Origin: Priapulus caudatus
Lineage: Eukaryota
Direction of reading: 5' to 3'
DNA: 52,117 nt
Assembly: GCF_000485595.1 (NCBI RefSeq)
Contig: NW_014577063.1
Span: 729,198 to 781,314 of the forward strand
Shown piece by piece: positions 1 through 10,950 of this stretch; the stretch's first letter is position 1, and each line of letters opens with the position of its first letter. Under the pieces are notes generated by a model. The model had not been told where the DNA came from, made no database searches, and saw nothing but the letters and a program-made list of their open reading frames with translations. Position numbers and translations under genes: made by a program.

Positions 1-100
1 GAGGTACGGTCCGGCATATTAGATAGTACCAGGGTACGTTCCGGTATACCGGACCGTACCCAGGGTACGTTCCGGCAGTACCCCGGGTGACATAGACCCT
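1..100. mobile_element. Probable terminal fragment of a non-autonomous DNA transposon
   Basis: GC-rich patch with repeated GGGTACGTTCCGG / GGTACGGTCCGG motifs in both orientations inside an AT-rich intron. The other end is not in the window. Confidence 0.35.
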
Positions 101-146
101 CTCAGCCATATTGATGGGTATATGACTGTAAATAATAATGTGTAAA

Positions 147-164
147 TCCTTGACTGGTGCATAG
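147..164 (+). other. U12-type (minor spliceosome) branch point and 3' splice site
   Basis: TCCTTGAC at 147-154, branch A at 153 is 11 nt from the end of the AG (163-164), and there is no polypyrimidine tract. The donor is outside the window. Confidence 0.8.
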
Positions 165-298
165 CTTGGCTGAACAACTGTGTGGGGCACTACAATCACA
201 GATACTTCTTCTCCTTTTGTATGTTCATGTGGATTGGGAGCACGTATGTAGCAATAACTGCCTACCCACTTTTTATGGATCACTTCTTCAACCCAGAG
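165..298 (+). CDS. ZDHHC16: ZDHHC16 exon (end of DHHC domain, TM3)
   Basis: atag|CT TGG CTG AAC AAC TGT...CCA GAG|gttagt; WLNNCVGHYNHRYFFSFCMFMWIGSTYVAITAYPLFMDHFFNPE. Confidence 0.96.
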
Positions 299-3241
299 GT
301 TAGTATTTTATTAAAGTACGTATTTGCCTACCCAGAACTGTAAAGTAAAATTATTGAGCACTAATAAATAAAGTTTGCACTAATAAGTTCAGCAGAGCGC
401 TTCGTAGTATTATGTATAGGAGGAGCTAGAAATGAAGGTCAGTTTAGTTGAATAGGTAGCATTCAACGGTTTCCGTGTGCTTTGTAATAAAGCTAATACA
501 TAATTGTACTAGTTTTTTTTATCAGGTGCAGTTTGTGCAGTTGTGAAAATGTTGTATCTGTTTATCAGCAATCGCTAGTGTAATAGCAGTTACAGTAGCC
601 ATTTAGTACTGTCATATATGTGTGAGCATGCATGTGTACCTGTGTAAGTGCATGCTCTAGTGGTTCTGCTTTGATCTTCTTAACGAATATGAAAGTTCTG
701 GTTTATAGCTTGTATTGATGGGGATGTAACTACTATTTCAGCCTCAATTCCAGCCATTGAAGTTTTGGATAGTGAATTTAAGCCTGGATCTTTCACTCAT
801 TGAGCCCTTCGTGATGAGCAACAGTGACACCATTATTGCAACTAACATCTCCGAAACGACAGCTGACATTGTGAGTGTGTTAAAACTTGTTTGGTAACAC
901 GTAAGATTAGGTGATAACACAACCCACCAGAATGCTGAGAAACTCAAAATTATCATTACAAAAGATATTGTGACACAGATTGTTAACAGGTTTTACTTCT
1001 ATGGTTTATGTAGCGACAAATTAATTATTAGTTCTAGTGTAAAGCATTGTCTTCAACATTATACCCTAAGGCATTACTTTGTGTCACTTAATTGTTACTG
1101 TAATTACAATGTTAATATCTATTGTGATTCAGATTATCCTAAAAAAGCGTGTACTTGGGAAAGTCCTTGCAATTAAGATATTGAAGCGTGTATGAACTAT
1201 TTTTAGCTGGACAAGGAAGATCCTGCTGAAAAGCCATTTCTGAAGAAATTGACATACAACTGCATAGTATTTGAATTTCTGCTGTGCTGCGGTGTGTGTT
1301 TAGCACTCGCTGCTCTTCTAGCCTGGCATTACGCGTTTATCAAGAAGGGGGAAACCAGCATAGAACATCACATTAACAAGGCTGATGCAGCCAGGTTAAA
1401 GAAGGAAGGCAAGGTTAGTAAATTATAATGGCTTTTTAAATAATATGATTTAGATTTGTGGTAAGTAGGTTTGTAGTTTATTAGCATGGCTTCCGCTACG
1501 AGTTTCATATCTCTATGAGGTAGAGTTTAGTGGTCCAGAGGTTAGCATGTCTATTTTCCACTGCGAAAGCTGTGAGTTCCAACTCTTGCCAAAGCAGTGA
1601 AATTTCACAAGGTGTCGAAACCTGGCTCTCACCGTTAGGGACTGTCAATCTATCCTGGCTCAGATGACCACGTAAAATGTCAGGCCCTTCTCCAGTAATA
1701 GGGGCGTACAAGAACCAGGAGGATGTAAGAAACTTAGTGACCACTCTTTGTGTCAGCAAAGAGGTTGGCTTGGTGTAATGCCTTAGGGCTAACTAATAAA
1801 TGAGACCTCAATTTCTTGATGCTGAACCATGAAGAAATGAATGCGATATGGGATTATACTTTTCTCATTATTTCATATACAGGTGTTCAGAAATCCGTAC
1901 CAATTTGGAACCCGTGAAAACGTTCGAATTCTGCTTGGTTTAGATCAAGGAAGGTAATTACTTTATACTACTTTTGGGTAATATATCAAATATATCAAAT
2001 ATATTATATATATATTTATATAACATATATAATATAGTAATATATGTAATATATATAGGACCTGTAGACCTATAGAATATTTGTAGTATATATAAGACCT
2101 GTAGACATATAGTAATATATGTAATATATATAGTATAGCAGTGCTGCCACTTTATACTTTTTTTAAAGTATTATACTTTTTTCATACTTTTTTCATGCAT
2201 AAATACTTTTAAATACTTTTTTTTGCTAAAGATGGTCAAAACTCTTTGGACATACGTTTAGGTACACTACGATGAGCAATGCGCATTGTAGTGTTACCCC
2301 TGCATTGACACGAGCGAGGCGGGCCGCCTTGCTAAAATTCTCAGCCGCCACACAGAAATTTCTCCAAAACACCGCCTCGCTGACGAAACCTTTGACAACT
2401 TGAAAAAGAGATTCAAGAGTCTCATACAAGGTGTTGTGAATAGCTCAGAACGCACCAAATTGCACAATTTTTACAAAAATTCCCCGGGGGAGCATGCCGC
2501 TGGACCCCCCTAGCTTCGCCGGCACCTGCGCTGCTCGCTTTGCTAGGACCTCTAAATGCGCAAACACATCACACACAAAACATTTACCTACCTCACAGAT
2601 CTTATTAGCCATGGGAAACACTGCATTGAAATATTCCAGACTGAGGGTTCAAGAGACAACTCCTCATGGCATTGCACACATCATTCCTGAAGCTTGTTTG
2701 TATGCTGCACATAGGCTATAATGTATTTGGTAACAATGTATAAGGTAACAAGTGACTACAAATCGTGATAGGTTGATATAAATTTATACTTTTTTTAAAC
2801 AATTTTGATGCTTTTTTCTGGACAGATTTTATACTTTTTTTTGTAATATCCTGAGTGGCAGCACTGGTATAGTAATATATTAAATATTCCTCGCACCAAC
2901 GGGTTTAATTTTACTGTAGGTTCTTAAAGATTTAACAACAACTGTAATAACAGTGTGTCTGGCATTCCTCTATTGGACGTGCATCTTCAAGTGTCACTTG
3001 GATTCGCTTCATTCCCAATTTCTGAAGTGTTGTTTGTTTTAAACAAATATGTATACGTTAGTACTTACCATTGCTTTATTTTGTATGCAAATTTGTTAAA
3101 AGTACGTACGGTGTTTAATCTTCCAGGTCATTTTGGAGACACATTTTACTGCCATCTATGCACAAGCCTTCTGGAGATGGTCTAACATGGCGAACCTCTA
3201 CATACCAGCTGGACTACTCAGATAATCCTAAGATACTATAG
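165..3241 (+). CDS. ZDHHC16: Palmitoyltransferase ZDHHC16, 5'-partial spliced CDS; exons 165-298, 742-870, 1207-1413, 1883-1953, 3127-3241
   Basis: The exons join in frame at GT-AG boundaries. Translation: (P)WLNNCVGHYNHRYFFSFC...LAWHYAFIKKGETSIEHHINK...VFRNPYQFG...LLPSMHKPSGDGLTW...KIL*. This matches the ZDHHC16 motifs PWLNNCVGHYNHRYFF, GETSIE.HINK, VFRNPY and LLPS.H.P.G.G..W. The DHHC codons lie upstream of the window. Confidence 0.95.
742..870 (+). CDS. ZDHHC16: ZDHHC16 exon (luminal loop, phase 0-0)
   Basis: tttcag|CCT...ATT|gtgagt, 129 nt and open: PQFQPLKFWIVNLSLDLSLIEPFVMSNSDTIIATNISETTADI. The peptide is poorly conserved, so the call rests on splice sites and frame. Confidence 0.72.
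1207..1413 (+). CDS. ZDHHC16: ZDHHC16 exon (TM4, TTxE-like motif)
   Basis: ttttag|CTG...AAG|gttagt; LDKEDPAEKPFLKKLTYNCIVFEFLLCCGVCLALAALLAWHYAFIKKGETSIEHHINKADAARLKKEGK. Confidence 0.95.
1523..1800 (+). mobile_element. Degenerate tRNA-derived SINE in a ZDHHC16 intron
   Basis: A-box-like TGGTCCAGAGG (1531-1541) and B-box-like GAGTTCCAACTC (1574-1585) at tRNA-like spacing, followed by an approximately 200-nt body. Boundaries are approximate. Confidence 0.5.
1883..1953 (+). CDS. ZDHHC16: ZDHHC16 exon (PaCCT motif)
   Basis: tacag|GTG TTC AGA AAT CCG TAC...GGA AG|gtaatt; VFRNPYQFGTRENVRILLGLDQG(R). Confidence 0.95.
2139..2866. mobile_element. hAT-like MITE with 6-bp TSD
   Basis: Perfect 13-bp TIR CAGTGCTGCCACT / AGTGGCAGCACTG; GTATAG duplicated on both flanks; subterminal ATACTTTT repeats. 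Confidence 0.8.
3127..3241 (+). CDS. ZDHHC16: ZDHHC16 last coding exon
   Basis: ttccag|G TCA TTT TGG...; SFWRHILLPSMHKPSGDGLTWRTSTYQLDYSDNPKIL*, TAG at 3239-3241. AATAAA signals follow near 3373 and 3527. Confidence 0.94.
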
Positions 3242-4428
3242 CATTTTGTAATAATGGGTGATTGGCAGTCCAGCATATTGGACTTTAATTGGCATATATG
3301 TACACCGTAAAATGCGTCGGAGATACCATGCGAGTTACAATTCATCATGTGTGTAGTTGTCAGAAAATTGTAAATAAATAAATAATGTTATATATATTTT
3401 GTCACTGTTGGTCAAAATCACTGCATGGTGTATTTGTCAGGAAATATAAATATGTTTACGTAAACACATATAAATATAATATAATAGATACAAAGGCATT
3501 TTATAATACAATGTTAAACAATTTTAAATAAATTTATTGTAATAAGCCAACTTGTCTTTACATATGCAGATATAAAAGTAAAGTTGTAAAAGTTTAAAAG
3601 CTCTGGTTTAAAAGTATAGACGAGGAATATGCTGGTTTTATAACCTATTATAAGGCTAAAATATACAGACGAGGTAATTGGTAGAAATAGTATACCATCA
3701 ATAAAGTCATGGCATGATACCTGATTTGGTACATCACGATATTTTTATCCATAAAATGACAACTTAATGTTATACAACTGTAATAGTTACTTGCCATGTT
3801 TATGAAATATTCATTCATTCGCACTTTTACATACACGTGTCGTCTGTGCGTAAAATAAAATACGAAAAACTACACGGAGATCACAACATCGGTAGAAAAA
3901 TGAGATCGATAAAATTAATGTCAGCGCATCGTACCAGATTTCAATCATCGCAATATGTAATCTTTAATAGTGAAAAAGAGTTAAAAGTGAATAGTAACTC
4001 TATTTGACATGTTTCACGTATGGTCGTTTCTGGACGCGTTTAGATGCGCGCGCCATCCGAAGACATTCGTTGCAGGTCGTATACTCGCTGCGTGTCAGCA
4101 TTCTATGGCTATGCGCCGAGTGGAGGAGAACGTTGTGGAATCTGGTTGCGAGCCAGCGAAGTTCCCTTCTAGCTACATCCTCTGCAATTGCTCCGCTTCG
4201 GCACAGTCTGTAGAAGAGGGTTCGACTCCTTGTCGCATGCATCTCATCGATTCTAATTCGAGACAGTCCTGCGAACAGTTTAATAATACTATTTTTAATA
4301 TGCATGTAATTGCGCGCTAAGTTTGAGCGGGCACTGTAGCGGTATAAGAATAACTGACATATTGTTTACAACTTTACCTACGGCATACAACGTCTATTAA
4401 ATGTCTACAGTTTTCTATCGCTGTCTAC

Positions 4429-4429
<1 letters not shown>

Positions 4430-4467
<38 letters not shown>

Positions 4468-4487
4468 CGCGCGCTCCTCTCTCTCTC

Positions 4488-4527
<40 letters not shown>

Positions 4528-4567
4528 CTCTCTCATCTCTCCTCCTCTCCTCTCTCTCCTCTCTCTT

Positions 4568-4598
<31 letters not shown>

Positions 4599-4611
4599 TC
4601 TCTCCTCTCCT

Positions 4612-4648
<37 letters not shown>

Positions 4649-5175
4649 GCTCTCTCTCTCTCTCTCCTCCCTCTCCGCTCATCTCTCCTACTCTTCTCTC
4701 TCCCTCTCTCCTCTCTCTCTCTCCTCCTCTCTCTCTTCTCTCTCTCCTCGTCGCTCTCTCTCTCTCTCTTCTCTCTTCTCGTCTCTGCCTCTCTCCTTCT
4801 CTCTCTCTCCTTCTCTCGGTCTCTCTCTCCCTCTCTCTCTCGGCTCTCGTCTTGCCTCGTCTCTCTCTCCTTCGTCTCTCGTCCGTCTCTTCTCTTCTCT
4901 CTCTCTTCTCTCCTCTCGTCTCCTCTCGTCTGTTCTCTCTCCCGTCTTCTTCTCCTCTATCTCCTTCTCTCTTCCGTCTTCCCTAGTCTCATCCTCTCTC
5001 TTCTCTCGTTATCTCCCTGTCTCTCTCTCTCTTTCGCCGCCTCGCTCGTCTCGTGCCTCTCCTCTCCTGCCTCTTTATCTCTTCTCTCCTATAGATCTCG
5101 ATTCGTCTCCTCCTCTCTCTCCTCTCCTCTCCTATCTCTCGCTCTCTCTCTCTCGACTGCGCAGCTCTCTCTCTC
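4430..5175. repeat. (CT)n microsatellite degrading toward the assembly gap at 5176-5185
   Basis: Direct inspection. Confidence 0.95.
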
Positions 5176-5699
5176 NNNNNNNNNNTTCCCGGTTCCCAGA
5201 AAATTAAAATGGTCCAAAAAATGCGTCCGGAAAATCACTGTTCCCTCAGTCTAATTAAATACATGCGTGTGCATGTCCCTTGTATGTATATTTCACTTAT
5301 ATTGACATGGTCATCTAACAGCCAATACACGTCATGTTGTGTGACGTCACTAGACACTTCTTGCAGCCAAAGGCGCCCCCACGCCGCGCCTTTTAGAGTA
5401 GCAACGCATAAATATGAATATAGGGCAAATCATAGCATATCATATAGTATATATATATATATATATATATATATACTTGTGGAATTTTGTATACTGTATT
5501 GATATTTAGAATATAATTCCAATATATTATATATATATAATAAATATATATATAGCTTTTTAAATTATACATACATACTTATCATACATATGTAGGCCTA
5601 CATATATGTGCGCGCGCGCGTGTGTGTGCGCGCGTGTATATATATATATACATACATATAAATTCATTTAGTTATGTATTATTTATTTATTTATACTCG

Positions 5700-5920
5700 C
5701 GCACGCACGCACTCACGCGGGAGCGTGTATGCCTACGCCGCAATGATGCAATCGCGCGCACGTGCACACACGCACTCACGCAGCCACGCACACACGCACT
5801 CACGCAGCCACGCACACAACATGCACTCGTGCGCGCACACGCACATGCACTCGCGCACGCACGCACACACGCACGCACGCACACACGCACACACACACAC
5901 ACACACACACATGCACACAC
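5700..5920. repeat. (CA)n/(CGCA)n compound microsatellite
   Basis: Direct inspection. Confidence 0.9.
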
Positions 5921-6297
5921 GCGGCGCGCATAGCAGAGCGGGAAAGATGTTCCGCGTACTCCATTGATCAATTATCCCATCCTGGATCACAATTAGCACG
6001 ATCAACGATAAGTAATTATTCCACATTTATGGCTCAGTGGAAGCACGACTGCAGTCGGTATCTCAGCTATGGTACATTGGGCTGCATACACTACGCCAGC
6101 GGCACTTCTGACGACGACATACATATAGGATTTTACTGTTGTTTGTATTACTTTGGACCTGTCTGGGGCGACGACTTGTACATAATAACGGCTTGTAAAT
6201 GACGACTTTGGCGGGGGTTTATTCAAATGGATTTATCATTAGAAAAAATCGGGACTTTGACTTCCATGACGACTTCAGCGAATTGACGAGTTACACG

Positions 6298-6322
6298 ATG
6301 GCGTTTTATGCGAGTTTTACTG
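6298..6322 (-). mobile_element. Single Tc1/mariner-pogo-like TIR end
   Basis: The reverse complement reads TA|CAGTAAAACTCGCATAAAACGCCAT. The partner TIR was not found and may lie in the gap. Confidence 0.35.
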
Positions 6323-7229
6323 TATCAGAAATATGGCTGGATCCTAGGAATGAAGGCTTGAAGGATGACATGTGTTGATCTCATGTTCCCCTGCACTTGT
6401 TTCTCTCAAAAGTAGTCTAGCTTATCATGAGTTGAACAACGAGTAGACTCAAAGAGTTCATATGACCATTGCGGCTCTATTCCTATCTCCGTTTTTAAAT
6501 GAACATGCTTGTTAAAACGCGCGAACACAACATTATCATCATCATCATTAAATGTCGGCCTACTCGGTAACTATAGGTCTTAGTTTTGGTCACGTGTCTG
6601 AGGTTAGGACATCAACATTTATGATCTTCCATCTTATGTTAAGCCGTTTGTGTTTGTGCTGTTACTGAACTAAACTTTCTCTCCCAATCTTTGTACAAAT
6701 GCAAACCACATGAAATGGTCTCAATCGTTTCCAAAACAAATGCCTCTGATTGCAACATTCGCTTTATTTTTAATTAAAACACTTATAACAAATTCGACAT
6801 ATACATATATTACCATGATATACAGATTGAATGATCTTTAATATCAAAAGCTTTTTACTGTCCCTGGTGGATCTAGGGGGCCATCAGTGTCATGGTCCCC
6901 TTGTCCCGGGACCTCCCTCTACTTCTCCGCCGTTTAGCAAAAAACAGTAAAACATGCTACTGGCTCCGGTCTGCCCCAGCTATCCTACAATCTATTATCC
7001 CCCCCCCCGCCCCCGACTCATTAGCATATTTGTGGATAAGCAAGTGTTTAATATCCTCATAAATCAAAAATCTATGAGAAAATGTGGAGTTATTTCAAGA
7101 GAATCATTATATCAGAATCAATAAGAATGACGGATACTGTTCATATATAACGGAGACCCATGCTCGCTCCGTAAATAACATTTCATTGCAATGCGATTAC
7201 ATAAAATTCCTGACAATGAAACATAGAGC

Positions 7230-7528
7230 TCAAGCATTCTGAAAACCAGGATTATAGGATGGTGGTTGCTTTCTTGCATCCTGTGCCGCATATGGGGGTG
7301 GTTGAGCGACACCAGGTGCAGGACTCCATTGGTATCCTGCTGGCGGTGGTTGAATGGTTCCATACACTGGCACGGTGTTAACATCGTGAGCTACAATATA
7401 CTCCCGTGTGTAGTAATATCGTCGTCTGTAGCAGCATCCCATGCATACGCTCAGCAGCATGAATAACATGAATATCATCCCCCACGTCCACCACAATGAG
7501 TACCAGGTATACCAACAGCAACGTGTGC
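7230..7528 (-). CDS. WBP1/VOPP1-like last coding exon
   Basis: ttttcag|GC ACA CGT TGC TGT...GCT TGA; encodes the TM segment and PPxY tail. Confidence 0.9.
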
Positions 7529-8508
7529 CTGAAAATAAACCATCATGATCGGATGACACACGATTATTCATCGACTAGTGTCTCCCGGTAGCAAAATACT
7601 CAAAATAATAACAAGCCCTATGTGTAAGAAGACTTGCAACTGATAACATCAAAACAATACATTGTAACAGTAGTTCGAAATTAGTAATTAGTGTGAAATC
7701 TACTTTTCTAATGATTCTGAACTAAACCAAGACAACTGCACTCTTGGCTTTGTATTTCTATTTCAAAAATATGTGGGAGCAACACATATATTATATATTT
7801 ATATATGTACATACAGGCCCGTAGCCAGCTTTGTATTGGGGGGGGTTCGTTTTTCAATGTTGGCAATTTGCTCGGCAGGGGGTGTACAGGATTTGTACAG
7901 GTGGCGTGTCTAAACGTAACCAGAAGTTGCGCAGACGCGATTAGGGGGGGTCTGGTAGGGGCCCTCCCCAGAAACATTTTTTAAAATTACACCCCCTCCA
8001 GATGCGTTTTTTCTTTCGTGCGCGAGCAAGGTTGGTAGTCCGCGATCCCTGGAGAGCCCTGGTAACACGCCCTGCTGGGGCGCAACGCGGACATGGCGAG
8101 CGGAGCAAGTGCGAGACTCGAGCTGGGGAGGGGTGCGTGGAGGGGGGTTTCACTGTTCACGTCCCGCACAGATGGAGATTTTGCAATTATTACACTAAAT
8201 AGAGCGACCTGGTGAAATTCTTGCAATTTAAAAAAAAAAAAATTTTTGCTTGGGGCCGGGGGAGGTTCGTTCGAAACCCCCGAACCCCCCCTGGCTACGG
8301 GCGGTTACATATATATATATGAAAAGACCAATTTATATATATTTTCGAGCTACATGACTTGGTTGAACATACCTCCATCACAGCAATAGGCTCCCACACC
8401 GTCGCATATGAATGGACCACATATAATTGCATTTGCAGTTTTGACATTACACACCAGAAAGGCGATGACAGTCAGAATAGACAACTGCCAGCGAGTGTAC
8501 AAGTCCAT
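7230..8508 (-). CDS. WBP1/VOPP1 (Shisa-like) family single-pass adaptor, 144 aa; exons 8508-8373 and 7528-7230
   Basis: MDLYTRWQLSILTVIAFLVCNVKTANA-IICGPFICDGVGAYCCDGGTRCCWYTWYSLWWTWGMIFMLFMLLSVCMGCCYRRRYYY...QPPPY...QPPSYNPGFQNA*. It has a signal peptide, a C-C-CC-CC ectodomain, a Trp-rich TM segment, juxtamembrane CC-RRR and two PPxY motifs. The phase-1 GT-AG intron joins in frame. Confidence 0.88.
7814..8304. mobile_element. hAT-like MITE in the WBP1/VOPP1-like intron
   Basis: TIR CAGGCCCGTAGCCAG / CTGGCTACGGGC(GG); degenerate TSD (TGTACATA vs GTTACATA); internal G/C-tract motif shared with the 2139 and 16823 elements. Confidence 0.7.
8373..8508 (-). CDS. WBP1/VOPP1-like first coding exon
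   Basis: ttatag|ccaagcATG...GGA G|gtatgt. The acceptor at 8516-8515 implies an upstream non-coding exon; a candidate GTAAGC donor lies at 9417-9412. Confidence 0.88.
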
Positions 8509-9731
8509 GCTTGGCTATAACAAGAAAACACACAGTGCCATGGTGATTCAATAATAAACAGAGACATACAAACTACAACAACAGGTTATAAAACAATTAA
8601 GGGTTCAGACTCATTAGGTCACAGGGAAAGAGACACATTATTTTATTAATATGTCTCATTACCATACATTACCAGATAATGGTTATCACCCTGACCATGC
8701 TCTCCATCCTTGAACCACCTAACCTAACCCCATAATTAACAAGCACCAATGCCAATGGCTTTCTACCACAAGCAGTGACACAGACACTAACTGTGGCAGC
8801 AAGAGCGATATATGACAGAGATAAACCTAACTGGTAAGGCAACATAATTCTTCGATAGCACCTAGGCCCACACTACAAAAGCCTTCATTGATCTGGAGGC
8901 TATAATACTATAGTACTACGTACAGCAAGGGTCGCACCAGATATTGCCCGACACAGAATGACATCTTTAGCAGGAATTAATGCCTAGTATAATGGCTAAT
9001 TTATAACTATTGATATACATTGTATCAGGAGTCAAGTACTATAGTATTACATTGTATCATTATTGTAATATATACTGTATGCATTGGATAGCTCATTCCT
9101 CATCCTGCCTATGTGTATCCTTAAAAGTAACTGAGACTAGCGAAACACCAAGGAATGATGAAGAGTGACTACAAATAGCATTTTTCATATAAGTCGATAT
9201 TCCCCCACAAAGTTCATGATATTTTTTCCCAACGCGGGTACGCCTGACCATCCAGCTGTAGACCCCTGCCACATCCCTCCTCTGGCCCGACCCCCGATGT
9301 AAGGGGATACTACATAGCTACAGGCTACAGTATATCAAATTAATATACGTATAGTTTTGACACTAAGTACTAAAGTAGTAAGTAACGTTATATAGTCGCA
9401 CTCGTAGGATAGCTTACCACTGTCGCTGCCAAAGGCAAAGGATGGTATATTCAACAATTGCCTTGGATATTACGAAACAGGCTATTATACGCCTTAAATT
9501 CCCTTACACGGTCATATACTGATATAGTGATAACTGCTACGTACGCACCCTTATTAGATCTCGTGATACAAAGTTCATACGCAGCAAATATGTACTGTAT
9601 GTAAATATTATAGTATCAAAAGAAAACCAAAAATTGGTAGGATCCGTATCGCACACTTGTTGATGTATCGCAGCGCCGCCGCCGCACGGCGGAGCCTGCT
9701 CTCCCAACATGACATTGTGATCCTTGTCTTA

Positions 9732-10950
9732 TTTTTAGCTCACCTTGACATCGTCAAACTGAGCACAGGCACTTGGACCGTTTCAATATTAATAAAATGA
9801 TGGTTAATAAATACAACTTGTCAGTAGCCTACTACTACAGTACCAGCAATAGTCTTAATGTTTGATTTGACCTAATAACTTCACTTCAACACCGTTCAAT
9901 ACACCGCTGCAACACATAGCCCGCACGCCATTGTGCATGCACAAATACACAGTAGATAGGAGCTCCTATCTACCTATCTACTATCCTATCTACTGTGTAT
10001 TTGTGCATGCACAATGGCGTGCGGGCTATGTGTTGCAGCGGTGTATTGAACGGTGTTGAAGTGAAGTTATTAGGTCAAATCAAACATTAAGACTATTGCT
10101 GGTACTGTAGTAGTAGGCTACTGACAAGTTGTATTTATTAACCATCATTTTATTATTGAAACGGTCCAAGTGCCTGTGAAACTGAGCCAGGTGTCGTTGT
10201 CCGTCGTACGTCCGTCCGTCCGTCAACATTTGGCTACGGTCAACGATAACTCAGGAACCGTTTGACCGACGTGTTTTAAATTCGGTATAGTTGTTACTGC
10301 TATGCTCCCATATTAAACGTCCTATTTTGGAGCACGCCACTCGACGTACTTTAGAGCCACGGCAATTTTTTGCCAAAAATGGGAATGGCCATTAGTCAGT
10401 TCAGGTTCAACGGATTTTGCTGATTTTTGGTATGTGTATGAATAAGGGCTAGAGGTTTTGATATTTAAATTTGTTTTATGCAAATTAGGTAGGGTTTGGC
10501 AATTATATAGCATTATATAGACACGCAGATAACGGTGTCACACTCGTCTGGTTCGTGTTACAAGATTTTATTGACAATATCTTTAGGCAAAATTCCTGCT
10601 ATTAACATATTATCATTTAATATACTATTATGATTATACTATTATTATTATGATATAATGATTTATGCTAAGAAACATCAAAGCGGGTATAGCGCCATCT
10701 ACCGTCACAAATTGTAATTCATTTTTGTTTATAAATTATTTATAATTTATATATATATAATATTATTTATTATTTTCACATAAAAAATTACACACATAAT
10801 TATCAAGAGTATATAATGGGAGTTCTCCTATATATACTCTTCGTTTCTATAATGTACGTCGATGGTTGCTCAATTAAAACCGACTTCTTCTCACTCTCAT
10901 TTGTGTGCTTTTTTGTGGTGAGCTAGAGTGTCATTGACACTTTCATTACG
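9732..10950 (+). mobile_element. Helentron-associated non-autonomous element (HINE/DINE-1-like)
   Basis: Starts TTTTTAGCTCACC (subTIR 9736-9744) with an adjacent hairpin; (CGTC)n tract near 10200-10225; inverted subTIR GGTGAGCTA at 10917-10925 followed by the palindrome AGTGTCA-T-TGACACT (10927-10941) and T-rich DNA. Confidence 0.75.
9764..10178. mobile_element. Foldback (palindromic) element with 8-bp TSD, P/Galileo-like ends, nested in the HINE
   Basis: Arms 9764-9961 and 9984-10178 are reverse complements apart from one 3-nt indel; ends CACAGG...CCTGTG; AAACTGAG duplicated at 9756-9763 and 10179-10186. The superfamily assignment is tentative. Confidence 0.88.

Noticed and set aside
4401..5207. 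268-aa Ser/Leu ORF and similar long ORFs (25255-26100, 14154-14486, 45783-46328 and others)
   Set aside because: These are translations of microsatellites.
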